Shown here piece by piece: positions 50,153-63,775 of a stretch of 64,000 nucleotides of DNA. The notes under the pieces were generated by a model. It was not told the origin of the DNA and ran no database searches. It worked only from the letters and a program-made list of their open reading frames with translations. Source of the DNA: Octopus sinensis (Eukaryota); assembly GCF_006345805.1 (NCBI RefSeq), contig NC_043003.1:22134001-22198000 (forward strand), read 5' to 3'. The position numbers and the translations under genes are program-made. How positions within the stretch are numbered: the first letter of the stretch is position 1; the number at the start of each line of letters is the position of its first letter.

Positions 50153-50582
50153 TATATATAAATGGATGAATGAATTATCCTTTGTTTACCATTAACATGG
50201 AAAATTCAATAAACAGTTACCAGGGTAGCAAAATTCACGCAAGTAACACGGATGAAGTGACTTATTCAAAGGTAGAAACTCCGGGTTAATGAGCAGTAAT
50301 TTGTGTAGTATATATATATATATATGTATATGAGACCTTGTAGGGTATTTTTTAAAAGCCCCTTAAGTCTAAATCTAGTACTGACAACTTTTAGCTGAAG
50401 AGACCTAATAAGATACAAACATGCCCATTGCTTTCACCAGTCTGATTAACTAACAAGATTCTCTTTTATTTGTATAGTCTTTATTTTCCATTAAAAAAAT
50501 TCGCTAGGCTGGTATTAAGAGATTCATCTCATCTCTCTTGCTCGTTGTTATATTAAAGAGCTAAGAAAGGATTTCTCGTCTA

Positions 50583-50794
50583 CCCTTTTGTTATCATATT
50601 TCTGTTGATTCACACTGCCTTTCTTTGAATTAATTTTGAAAATCATGAAGAATGCATTAAAATGTCACCATTGTTAAGTTTTAGTTTGGAATACAAATTA
50701 ATATGAAATTTTGATAGAAAGTTTTAATTTAGATCACTTCAAAATGAAGTTGTATCACAGAATCAAGTGTGATTTCAGGTGGGTATCAAAAGGG
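50583..50794. mobile_element. Common short repeat with CCCTT...AAGGG ends (piggyBac-like MITE family)
   Basis: Homologous pieces at ~1150-1300, 1610-1740, 1970-2040 and 14215-14413 (that copy ends aaaagggttaa). Confidence 0.6.
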
Positions 50795-50917
50795 TAGGCG
50801 ATCTCAGTTAATCAAAGTTTTTCAAATCAGTATATTACGCATGAAAAGACGTTCAGTATTCAGTATTTTAGAATGCTTTCCTTGAAATACTTTCCCGTGT
50901 CATATTATACGTGTGAT

Positions 50918-51493
50918 GAAAGGCGGCGAGCTGGCAGAAACGTTAGCATGCCGGGCGAAATGCTTAGCAGTATTTCGTCTGCCGCTACGTTCTGAGTTCA
51001 AATTCCGCCGAGGTCGACTTTGCCTTCCATCCTTTCAGGGTTGATTAAATAAGTAACAGTTATGCACTGTCGTCGATGTAATCGACTTAATCCGTTTGTC
51101 TGTCCTTGTTTGTCCCCTCTGTGTTTACCCCCATGTGGGTAGTAAAGAAATAGGTATTTTGTCTGCCGCTACGTTCTGAGTTCAAATTCTGCCGAGGACG
51201 ACTTTGCCTTTTATCCTTTCGGGGTCGATTAAATAAGTACCAGTTACGCACTGGGGTCGATATAATCGACTTAATCCGTTTGTCTCTGCTTGTTTGTCCT
51301 CTCTGTGTTTGTGAGTAGTAAAGAAATAGGTATTTCGTCTGTGGCTATGTTCAGAGTTCAAATTCCGCCAAGGTCGACTTTGCTTTTCATCCCTTTCGGG
51401 GGTCGATAAATTAAGTACCACTTGCATACTGAGGTCGATCTAATCGACTGCTCCCACAAAAAATTTCGGGCCTTGTGCCTAGAGTAGAAAAGA
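50918..51493 (+). mobile_element. SINE-B concatemer (one head plus three ~180-bp body units) with a 16-bp TSD
   Basis: Units start at 50971, 51155 and 51331. atattatacgtgtgat flanks at 50902-50917 and 51494-51509. Confidence 0.85.
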
Positions 51494-51835
51494 ATATTAT
51501 ACGTGTGATTTCAGGCGGCGAGCTGACAAAATTGTTAGCAAGCAGGGGAAAATGCTTAGCAGCATTTTGTCCGCTTTTACATTCTGAGTTGAGATAATGC
51601 CAAGACCGACTTTGCCTTTCATCCTTTGGAAGTTGATAAAATAAGTACCAGTTGAACGACTTACCCCCTCCCTCTAACTTGCTGGCCTTGTGCCAAAATT
51701 TGAAATCAATATTATACGCGTAGTGTTTATAGACGTGTGTATGTAGAACGACATGTTCATTATTAAAAAAAAAACTGAAGGGACTGTATTTCAAATTTTA
51801 CAGCAACAATAATTTTTCTTATTTTTGATTCTTTA

Positions 51836-52290
51836 CGTTAAAAATCCTTATTGCTGTTGCTGACTTTATAAAGGCACAGGATCAAAGGCGACAAAGCAGT
51901 CACTACCGTGACATTTCTTTTGTACGTCAGAGACGACGTGGGGCTCTCTCTATTGTAGTGCTTTTCCTTCGAGGTAGGGCGCTGCGAGAACCGAAAATAA
52001 ATAAACGGTAGACAAATTGCTATGGTTAATAGAATCAGGATGGTTTTTAAATATTAAAACTTGTCCAACACCTTGGCAAAAAAAGAAGAGTTTATATGAA
52101 TGTAAAGTCAGCTTTTTTTCTCATTTATAAAGAGCAGGGTACAAAAATATTCACTGATATTTTCTTTGAGAACCATTGTTGTACAGCATAATACACGAGC
52201 AAAACAATCATTTATAATTTTGGCACTGGGGGACCAAAATTTAGAGGGACTGGGTAAGTCAATTGCATCGACTCCATTGTTCTATTGGTA
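51836..52290 (+). repeat. Left arm of a diverged inverted duplication (partner 53850-54290, -)
   Basis: Shared blocks gttaaaaatcc, aaaggc[a/c]caggatcaaaggcg, ggtagggcgc, tatggttaata, aaagagcagggtacaaaa and cataata[c/a]acgag. Confidence 0.75.
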
Positions 52291-54399
52291 CTTTATTTTA
52301 TCGTCTACAGAGGTATCTTTACCGTTTGTTAAAGAATATTTTCTCAAAGTTCTCTACTTGAATTATGACCAGACACAGGTACACAGTATCATTTGAAGTT
52401 GTATAAATACATATTGTTTGAGTGTGCGACAACATTCATAAAAGTTACAGAAGCATCCGCATTTCATATTTTCCCAAAGCCAAACAGTATGTACTTATAT
52501 ACTAAGTATTTCATAATTGAATACGCGTATTTCCATTATTTAAAATTTCCCAAATGGCGGTGAGCTGGCAATAGTTACTACGCTAAATTAAAATTCGCTG
52601 AATTTTTAGCCATTCGGGATTGATGAAATAAGTACCAGTTGAGTATGAGGTCTTAATTTTGCTCGTATCGAGCTGGCAAGATCACTTAGTGTGTCGCACA
52701 AAATGCTTAAAGGCATTTCTTCCGGCTCTTAACGTTTTGAGTTCAACTTTGAGATCAACGTTGCCTTTCATTCCTCAGGAATCGATAAAATAAAGCATCA
52801 ATCAAATACCTATTTCTTTACTACCCACAGAGGACAAACGGATCAAGTCGATTACATCGACTCCAGTGCGTAACTGGTACTTATTTAATCGACCCCGAAA
52901 GGATGAAAGGCAAAGTCGACCTCGGCGGAATTTGAACTCAGAATGTAACGGTAGACGAAATACCTATTTCTTTACTACCCACAAGGGGCTAAACGCAGAG
53001 AGGACAAACAAGGACCGACACACGGATTAAGTCGATTACATCAACTCCAGTGCGTAACTGGTACTTATTTAATCGACCCCGAAAGGATGAAACGCAAAGT
53101 CGACCTCGGCGGAATTTGATCTCAGAACGTAACCGCAGACGAAATACCACTAAGCATTTCGCCCGGCGTGCTAACGTTTCTGCCAGCTCGCCGCCTTGCA
53201 TCAGTCAAATACCGGGTAAATGGTATCAACTAACTCTCCTTTATTTCGTCTGTCTTTATGTTCTGAGTTCAAATTCCGCCGAGGTCGACTTTGCCTTTCA
53301 TCCTTTCGGGGTCGATTAAATAAGTACCAGTTACGCACTGGGGTCGATCTAATCGACTTAATCCGTTTGTCTGTCCTTGTTTGTCCTCTCTGTGTTTAGC
53401 CCCTTGTGGGTAGTAAAGAAATAGGTATCAACTAACTCGCTTTCCCCACTGAAGAGAAGGAAAAAAAAAAAAGAGGCCTTGTGCTTAAACGTTAATTATT
53501 GACTTTGTGCCTAAAACAGAAATCACGATTTTGCTCGTGTAAAGCGGGTGAGCTGACAAAATCGCTTGAGCTTCGGAAGAAATGTCCTGTGATATTTGGG
53601 ATTAAATCCCGCTGAGGTCAACTTTGCTTTTCATCCTTTCATGATCGATTAAGTACCAGTGAAATACTCCCCTCATATCGCTGTCCTTGTGCCTTAAACA
53701 GATACGTTATTTACATTATTTTGCTTGAGTAAAGACAAGAACATCGGAAGAAATCTTTTGCGGCATTTGTTCTGACTTTTTACTAATTTCTCATCCTGCC
53801 GAAGTTAACTGAGCCTTCCAACCCATCCGGGGGCTAAAAAAAAAAAAGTACCGACAAAGTATTGGAGTTGATGGCTTCGACTTAAACTCTTCCCTTAAAA
53901 TTGCTGATCTTGTCCCTAAATTAGAAACTCGTTTATTATGCAAAACTAGTTCTCAAGGAAGAAAATACTTGTGAATTTTTATTTTGTACCCTGCTCTTTT
54001 ATTAACGAGAAAACAAAATAGTTTACATCCGTATAACTTCTCTCTTCCACATGTTGGACAAATATACGTTAAAAACCGTCTTTGTATTATTAACCATAAC
54101 GGCAATCTTACCATAGGAATTTGTGCCCCCTCTTGTTTTCAATCCTCACGGCGCCCTACCCTTACGAGAAACATTACAATGGAGCCCCATATCATATCAG
54201 GCGTATAAAAAACTGTCACTCAGTGGAGGCTTAACCGCCTTTGATCCTGGGCCTTTGTAACAACAACGATACGGATTTTTAACATACATACAAATTTAGG
54301 TAGAAACGTAGTAGATATTATCAATGATTCGTGAAAGAAATAGTATCCATAATGAGTTAAGACAACATAGGCTAAGGGTTTCACTAAAAACATATTAAG

Positions 54400-54570
54400 G
54401 AAATAAACGAGGAAAGAGCTTTGGGAAGTTTTCGCGGGTCCATTTTTAAATATTAGCTCCGCCTTTTCAGTGTCCATGACAAATGATGCATGACGTCACG
54501 GCTACTGGTTGAGGTGATTCCGTCATCCGGGTAACTCTGACTCAGAGCAGTGAGGAGGGGAAGAAAGGGG
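54400..54570. promoter_or_regulatory. Promoter-like CpG-containing segment
   Basis: CRE palindrome TGACGTCA (54491-54498), ETS/half-CRE-like ttccgtcatccgg (54518-54530) and AP-1 TGACTCA (54538-54544) within 55 bp. Confidence 0.4.
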
Positions 54571-55839
54571 GGAGCAATACCTGAGACGCACACACATACA
54601 CATAAACTGCTACACTTGCATACATACACACGCATAATGCGCGTCATACATAGACACACTCACACGTACGAATAAAGCGTCATACACGCACAAGTATGCA
54701 TAAAGTGCTACACACATACAAACACAAAGTATGCTACACACATACATACAGACACTCATACACATATACGGCTCCACTCACACATTAACGTCTATGTGCA
54801 GTCACAAAAGTATGTGACAATAGACATGACAAGCCAAATGAAGCAGCTTCCAGCTGCTAGAAATAACAGTTGAATCTCCTAAACAAAAATCACACTCACC
54901 CTTCTTAAAAACAGAAAGGAAACGTTGGGTATTAATATCAATGTAGTTATAAATAATCCTGTAATCGATGGGAGAGACACGGTTGGAATGCCTCTAACCA
55001 TATGTCTGCTTGATCCAACAAAAATGCAGCAATCCACTTACATACACACACGCATATATTGATAATATCGAGGAAATTGTGTGGAAGCCCGTCGTGTTTA
55101 TGTATGGGAGTGTGTTTGTATTTGTCCCCGACTGCTTGACAACCAGTGCTGGTTTGTTTACGTCTCCATAAATTAGCGGTTCGGCAAAGTGTCCAATAAA
55201 GTACTAGACTAAAAAAAAAAAGGTACTGGGGGTCGATTTGTTCGATTAAACCCTTCGAGGTAGAGGCCGATTAAACCCACAGCATGGCTATAGTCCAGTG
55301 ACTGAAAAAAAAAACCCAGTGAAAGAAAAATAAACACACATACACACGCAATCATATCACATACAAAGGACAATATAAGCGAAACGAAATCTGCACGTAC
55401 ATATCACAACGAACACATACACACACACGTGTGTCACAGATATGCGGTGTGATGGTGTATAGCGAAGTGTAAAACATTCAATGACACAGACACAAGGAAA
55501 GTTATACACACAGAGAAAAATATACGAACTAAATAGACTGTATAGACTGTAGTACGGTGTGTAAGTATGTGCATGGAGGGGTGGTCTGTTGACTGCCGAC
55601 GACACATTTAACTGACACACATATACCCGCACAGCGACTCATTGTTACATACACGCACATACACAAACCTCACATATACATACTAAATAGTTAGTGTGTG
55701 TGTGTAAGTAATTATACATGTGGGGGTTTGAAGCTGTTGACTGCTAACACATTTGCCTGATATATATACACCCACACGACTACTAGTCGTTACATATATG
55801 CACGCGCAAAGATAAAAAGCTTATATACATAAATAAGCT

Positions 55840-56110
55840 CACACACACAAACAAAAGAAAACTCTCACACACATACACACACAGAGCTCTCTATCATTCT
55901 CTTACATACACATAGACACACAAAAGTTCAACCATATACATGATATAGCTCTCACACACATACACACACAGAACTCTCTATCCCTCTCTTACATACACAT
56001 ACACACACAAAAGTTCACCCATATACATGATATAGCTCTCACGCACATACACACACAGAGCTCTCTATCCCTCTCTTACATACACACACAAAAGTTCACA
56101 CCCATATACA
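55840..56110. repeat. Tandem repeat, ~67-70-bp unit, about three and a half copies
   Basis: cacacacagagctctctatc...caaaagttca..catatacatgatatagctctca repeated. Confidence 0.85.
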
Positions 56111-56879
56111 TGATATAGCTCTCATATACGTACACACACACACACAGCTCTTTCCCTCTGCCTCTCTCTCTTTACACACGATAAAACTCACACACACGTA
56201 CACAAATAAAACGCATACACACATACACAAACAAAACGCACACACACACATAAACAAGATCTCTCTTGAGATACACACATTGAAAGCTCTCACTCTCTCT
56301 CACGCACACACAAAGTACACACATACATACACACGACAAAGCTCTCTCTCTCTCACACACACACATACACAAAGAAAAAGCTCTCTCATACACACACACA
56401 CACACACACACATTAAATACATAAGTGTATATGTGTGAGTGTAAGTAAATTATATGTCTGAGGGGGGTGTCGAAGCTGTTGACTGCCGACTCTGACATAT
56501 ACACCCACACAGCCACTAATTATTACAGACACACATACTAATCCACACTCATATATATATATACACACACGCGCACACATTAACCCACATACTCACATAT
56601 ATACACTCACAGACTAAGGGGGCACACAGCAAGTCGACAGTTGCAGGCAGAGGCAGTTGAAACAAACTTTTTTTCTTTAACACTGCCATAAGTGAGAGAG
56701 ATTTTGTGAGGACAACCTGCTTTCTTTTTACCAAACGTGGCCAGCCGAGCACTCGAAACCAAACATATATTACTGTATGTGTATATAGACAGGTTAGTTA
56801 AACGTGATTATTTTTTTTTTTTATACACACCGCATGCACGTGTGGTTATGTTTTGTTTTCCTTATAAATTTGTACATGC

Positions 56880-57815
56880 ATTCACGTATGTAATGTATGT
56901 ATGTGTGTATTTATGTATATATTATGTGTGTGTATACATGTATGTAATATATGCACACGTGTATGTGTGTATGTATATGTATTGTGTGTATATATGTATT
57001 GTGTGTATGTATATATATGTATTGTGTGTATGTATATATATGTATTGTGTGTATGTATATATATGTATTGTGTGTGTGTATATATATATGTATTGTGTGT
57101 GTGTATATATATGTATTGTGTGTGTGTATATATATGTATTGTGTGTGTGTATATATATGTATTGTGTGTGTGTATATATATGTATTGTGAGTGTATATAT
57201 ATGTATTGTGTGTGTGTATATATATGTATTGTGAGTGTGTATATATATGTATTGTGAGTGTGTATATATATGTATTGTGAGTGTGTATATATATGTATTG
57301 TGTGTATGTATATATATGTATTGTGTGTGTGTATATATATGTATTGTGTGTATGTATATATATGTATTGTGTGTATGTATATATATGTATTGGGTGTGTG
57401 TGTATATATATGTATTGGGTGTGTGTGTATATATATGTAGTGTGTGTGTATATATATGTATTGTGTGTGTATATATATGTAGTGTGTGTGTGTATATATA
57501 TATGTATTGTGTGTGTGTGTGTATATATATGTATTGTGTGTGTGTGTGTATATATATGTATTGTGTGTGTGTGCGTGTATATATATGTATTGTGTGTGTG
57601 TGTATATATATATGTATTGTGTGTGTGTGTGTATATATATGTATTGTGTGTGTATGTGTATATATATGTATTGTGTGTGTATGTGTATATATATGTATTG
57701 TGTGTGTGTGTGTATATATATATATGTGCATTGTGTGTGTGTGTATATATATATATGTGCATTGTGTGTGTATATATATATATATGTGCATTGTGTGTGT
57801 ATATATGTATGCATG
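56880..57815. repeat. Minisatellite (tatatatgtattgtgtgtg)n
   Basis: Directly visible; the source of the long HT/YI/CV ORFs. Confidence 0.97.
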
Positions 57816-58504
57816 AGTATATAAACTCGTCTACTCATTCACCTCTTTGCATTTGTATAAGCTTATAGTTTGATACGCTCACTTCATATATTCATGTGTG
57901 TATATACACATGTGTGTGCATGCGTGTATATATTATATATATTTATATATATATACGTGTGTATGCATTCACTATAAAATATTCCATTTATGTTTTGATA
58001 ACTATCGTGCTAAGATAGTTTTGCATGCTAAGTCGTGTATTTCTGTTAATATGCAGTATATGTGCATTTTACACAGGTACTACACACACACATAAGTGGG
58101 AACTTCATTGTTTCAAACCCATAAGAAAATCTTAATTATATTCCTATTAATAATATATTGTGTGTGAAGGTGGTTACAGTTAAATACCCCTTTATTATTT
58201 TGACAACTTTACAGGGTTACAAGAAAAACCTATTTGTCATATAAAAAGTTGTCAAAGCTAGTAGAAAGTTTGTTGTGAATGTCACAAAAGTTGTCATGTA
58301 CTCTAGGTTTGGCTTCTTATTTCCCTTCGGCAAGAATAAAAGGAAAGTTTTAATTCTTTGAAGTTGGTGTGGGCAACCACCACTAAAATGTAACATTGTC
58401 AGGTAAAAAGTACTTTCTCTTTGGTGTTAAAACCAAGTAGTTTCGATTGGATGAATGGTAAATTAAGAGAATTCATAGCAAACTTCGTAGTTGCAAAAAC
58501 TTCA

Positions 58505-58900
58505 CTATATATGTGTGTGTATATGATACACATACTCACATTCAGATATATGCATATATAAAATATATATATATAATACACATACACTCACAGATATATG
58601 CATATATAAAATATATATATATATAATACACATACACTCACAGATATATGCATATATAAAATATATATATATATATATAATACACATACACTCACAGATA
58701 TATGCATATATAAAACATATATATATAGATATATAATACACAAACACTCACATACAGATATATATGCATATACAAAACATTATATATATATATATATAAC
58801 ACATACACTCACATACAGATATATGCATATACAAAACATATATATATAAAACATAATACACATGCACTCATAGATACATGCATGCACATACACTCACAGA
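58505..58900. repeat. Minisatellite, ~45-50-bp unit (catacactcacagatatatgcatatataaaa...)
   Basis: Directly visible. Confidence 0.9.
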
Positions 58901-59574
58901 TATATGCATTTACAAAACGTTATATATATATATATTATATATATATAATATACCTATATATATATATATATATATAATATACCTATATATATATATATAT
59001 ATATATACCTATATATATATATAGATATATATATACACACACACATAGAGGTGAGCACATACGAGCAAAACAAGGTGGAAAAATAGTACCCGAATACCAT
59101 CGCAACTGTCCGACGAACGGGAATGTGTGAAACTCTGAGTAATAGTCTTGTGATAATCTTGCATCTTTAATGTGTGTGTGTGTTTATGTGTGATGCACCA
59201 GCATTCAGTAACATATTTTACACAACTAACTCTCCACGATTCAGCCCCTGCATTGTCAAGCTGACCTATTGTCATAGGCGTTTCGGTGACCATCATCACT
59301 CCTTGGTCGAAGTCCTAACCTCAAATATCACCTCTTCATTTAACTTGCCCGACATTAACGTGTTCCCTTTCTTAAGATTGTAAGGTGTGATTTGAGAGAG
59401 ATTTGGTTGCTATTTCTAGCACATCAAATAACCACGCTATCTGTTTCTTCATTAACTGGTTTAGTTTATATCTTAAATTCAAATCACAACAAGAAAAGCT
59501 TTGCATCTCATTCTTTGAAACACAAATATATTTCCTATAGAATTTGAGTCATACCTTCACAAGTGTGTCCTCTT

Positions 59575-59911
59575 CCGACTTTGTTTCCTCATAACTTTCA
59601 GAAAAATGGGTATTTTAATGAAATTTTCTGCAAATACATTTCAGATGAAGAACAGAATTATATTGGAATTTAATGTGAAAAAAAAATTGGGTGGGTACAA
59701 CATACATACTGAGACACACACACACACACACACATCTACGAAATGAAATTTGGAAAAATATATGATGTGTGTTAGTATGTGTGTTCGCGTCTATCAATTT
59801 TTTTTGTCTCACTCTAAATTCCGGTGTAATCTACACCATCTGAAAGGTATTTGCAGAAATTTTCATTAAAAAGTAGCCATTTTTCTGAAAGTTATGAGGA
59901 AACAAAGTCGG
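59575..59911. mobile_element. MITE with ~70-bp TIRs
   Basis: ccgactttgtttcctcataactttcagaaaaatgg ... ccatttttctgaaagttatgaggaaacaaagtcgg. Confidence 0.8.
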
Positions 59912-61762
59912 GGATGGGGAGCACACTTATGTAGGTGTGCTAAATTCGATCCAGTCAGTTTTGCGTTCTTCATTATGGTTCCATTATCTCCGAAAACTCA
60001 TTCGTATAATGGAAACAAGCGGATTGTAATTACATTGACATCACTGGCGGAGCCTCTGCCTGTAAGAAATAGAAGCCAAATCTCAAATCACATTCTACCT
60101 GTATAAGGTAGAATAAGGATAAAGAAAAGAATGGAGAACAAGTCCTGGGTGAAAATGTCTGAAAAGACGGGGTGGTCACGTTTAGAATGCTTTTGTCATA
60201 GATCTGCTCTATCAGGTTCGATCTAGGGCTACCAGATAATACTTAATATTAAATCTATAAAGCCAACTAGGGAGCTGTAATGTGGTCCCGACCTGCTAGA
60301 AATAGCAACCTAATCTCTCGCAAAAGATTACGCTGGGTAATTGTGAATTTAGATAAAACATAGGAATCGGAATAAATTATCGAGAAAATAATTTTGAATT
60401 AAAAAAAAAAGTTATAGAAGGGTGCTTATTCTGGAACTCCTCCGCAGAATGTGTCTTTAAAAAAGAACAAAACCCCAAACAAGAGATATCATGATCAACA
60501 TTTGAAACTTATGGTCATAAGGTCTGCTTGAGCAAAGTTGTCCTGGCTAAACAATAAAGAACATCTACAGTATAGCATATTCGTTCAGTCACCCACGACT
60601 ATCGTATCTCCATATAATTTATTCTCTTAAATAGACATCTCTATACGTATACCCTGTCACATATAAATATACACGCTCTACATATCACTTTACACATGTA
60701 TGTACACGACATGGCACCCCTCCATGTAACCTTTTCATTATATACATGCTTATATTTTCACAGCTCACGTATACCTAAACATGTGCGAGGGTGGCCTCTC
60801 CGTGATAGCTCGATCGGCTAGAAATAGCAGCCAAATTCTCTCTCTCTCTGTTTTTCACCCCACCGTTTTAGAATAGAGTACTTTGGATTGTGTGGTCCTG
60901 GCTTTCTCGCATGTAGGACAAAAAGAAACAAAGCAAAACTCAGGGTTGTCACGGATGGAATGCCTCTGATCATAAGTCTTAATTGATCAGAGCTGACCTG
61001 GGTTAAACAACAACACAACGTGCTCATTCATACGTACACACATCACATGTCCATATTTTGAAAGATATACACTCCCTACACATACATCACATGCACCCAG
61101 TTATTCAACATAAAATTTGTACATATATCTCTCCCTCTCTCTATATATTTATATACATAGACACACCACGCTGTTTTGCTATACTATAAAATACAATACT
61201 TTAGAATAGTTAGGCGCTAACACACTTTTATATGGCAAACACGATAACCAATCGATCAAGCTAGATTATGGCTACTCATACCAGCAAAAGTAAACATCGA
61301 ATATTGCTTCATTCAACTTTAAGGCAAATCGAGCAACAAGGGAGCCTCTATGTGGTCACTCCACATGCTAGATATAGCAACCAAGTCATCGTCAAACCAA
61401 GCACTCATAACCTCCGTTTCGAAATCGGAAGTACGTATTGAATTTATGTGTAGCCCTCGGTATGCAAAATAAGTGGATGGTCACAGTTGGAACACCCTGC
61501 CGTTTATATTGGACTTACGTACAGTCCTTGATGTACAAAGTGACTGAATGGTCACGGCTGGAACCCCTTTCATTAAACGTAACATACGTCTAAAAAACAG
61601 CTACAGGTACAACATTGATTTTCCAGAAACTTGGTCAACACGCTCTATATTAAATAAATATTAAATTTACTTGAATAATTAAATGAAATAGAGGCACCTG
61701 TACATTAGTATAAACGATACAAGTTTTTTTAATACTGTGCCGTGTAAGGCACCAGTTAACCA

Positions 61763-61961
61763 CTAATCTGGTGGCCGCGGTAATTTGAAGTTTTCACTTG
61801 TACAATTAGTACGGATTATAAGATGTTCCGGAGTATCAGTGTTCGGAAAATCGGTGTTGTACAACAGCCGTCTATAGATTTCTTCTCTTCTCTTCTTTCG
61901 TATTACCACGATAACAAAAGGCACACCTATAATGATTAGGCACAAAGCCACACCTTTCCGT
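61763..61961 (-). CDS. Candidate terminal coding exon: transmembrane helix plus basic stop-transfer and short cytoplasmic tail
   Basis: cctag|A CGG AAA GGT... gives RKGVALCLIIIGVPFVIVVIRKKRREEIYRRLLYNTDF...PRPPD*. Unique sequence; no in-frame ATG. Confidence 0.4.
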
Positions 61962-62564
61962 CTAGGATATATACTCCATTAGGTAGATTGTCAACATGTA
62001 GCGTTCATTGTAAAGGTATTATTTTCACGTAACGCCCTGTTCTTTTTTCCTCTCTTTCTCGATGGACGACTAATGTCTTGTACTCCTGTGTGTTGTTTTG
62101 ATCGATCCAAGTACCAGAATGAATAGGTAATAACTTTTATTGATTGCAGAAAGTTGAATGATAAAATTGCTTCCTGTACTCCGAATGCCTGTTATTTCGA
62201 GGCCCAGGCGTGGCTGTGTGGTTAAGAAGCTTGCTTCCCAGTCTTGTCGCTATGAGTTCAGTCCCACCGCTTGGCATTTTGGGCAAACGTCTTCAATTAT
62301 AGCGCCTTGCCGACCAAAGCCTTGTGAGTGGATTTCGTGTGTGTGCGCGTGTCTTTGTGTTTGTCCTTCACACTGCTTGACAACAGGTGTCAGTTTGTTT
62401 ATATCCCCGTAACTTAGCGGTTAGACTAAAGAGATTGAAAGACAAAGTAGCATGCTTTAAGAATATATATACTGAAGTGGATTTTTGGACCAAATCCTTC
62501 AAGGTGCACCAACATGGCTACAGTTTACTGACGGAAACAAATAAAACATAGAATATATTATGTG

Positions 62565-62985
62565 TATTACTCTTTTACTTGTTTCAGTCATATTTGACTG
62601 TGGTCATGCTGGAGCACCGCCTTTAGTCGAGGAAATCGACCCCAGGACTTATTCTTTGTAAGCCTAGTACTTATTCTATCAGTCTTCTTTTTCCGAACCG
62701 AGAAGTTATGGGGACGTAAACACACCAGCATCGGTTGTCAAGCGATGTTGGGGGGACAAACGCAGACACACAAACACACACATGCACATATATATATATA
62801 TATATATATACATACACATACACACGATGGGCTTCTTTCAGTTTCCGTCTACCAAATCCACTCACAAGGCTTTGGGTGGGCCCAAGGGTATAGTAGAAGA
62901 CACTTGCCCAAGGTGCCACGCAGTGGGACTGAACCCGGAATCATGTGGTTGGTAAGCAAGCTATTTACCATACAGCCACTCCTAC
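62565..62985 (-). mobile_element. SINE family A, full length, CpG-rich copy
   Basis: Reverse complement of the family A sequence at 15762-16200. Confidence 0.9.
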
Positions 62986-63444
62986 GCGTATTATTTGTTT
63001 CAGTCATATGACTGCGGCCATGCTGAGCACCGCTTTTAGTAGAATAGATTTATTCTTTGTATTCTAGCGGTTTCTTTTGCCGAACCGCTAAGTTACTTGG
63101 AAAGGTTGGTTGAAAAGCTTGTCACTAACTCCAAAAAAAAAAGACTACTAAAGGCAGTGGATTGACTCAGAATCTTTACTACATGGATAAAATACTTTGT
63201 GGTGTTTACTTCCTGCCTTTGTCAAGTGATGGTGGGGGGAAAACACACACACAAACATATATATATACTGCAGGCGTCTTTCAGTTTCCATCCACCAAAT
63301 CCACTCACAAGGCTTTGGGTCGTCCTGAGGCTATGGTAGAAGACACTTGCATAAGGTACCACACAGTGGGACTGAACCCGGAACCATGTGGCTGGTAAGC
63401 AAGCTGCTTACCATACAGCCACTCCTGTGCCTATATATATATAT

Positions 63445-63775
63445 ATCATCAACATCATCATCGTTTAACGTACGCTTTCCATGCTAGCATGGGTTGGACG
63501 ATTTGACTGAGAATTGGCGAACCAGATGGCTGCACCAGGCTCCAATCTGATCTGGCAGAGTTTCTACAGCTGGATGCCCTTCCTAGCCAACCACTCCGAG
63601 AGTGTAGTGGGTGCTTTTACGTACCACCGGCATGAGGGCCAGTCAGGCGGTACTGGCAATGGCCACGCTCAAATGGTATTTTTTACGTGCCACCTGCACA
63701 GGAGCCAGTCCAGTGGCACTGGTAACGATCATGCTCGAATGGTGCTTTTTATATACCACTGGCACGAAAGCCAGT
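63445..63775 (-). mobile_element. RTE-type LINE 3' UTR and tail
   Basis: catcatcatcgtttaacgtacgctttccatgctagcatggg..., the same family as 8064-8560. Confidence 0.85.

Noticed and set aside
54220-54477. 85-aa ORF MDTEKAELIFKNG... as a complete gene
   Set aside because: It runs into the inverted-duplication arm and has no recognisable domain. At most it is a first exon, which is covered under the promoter finding.
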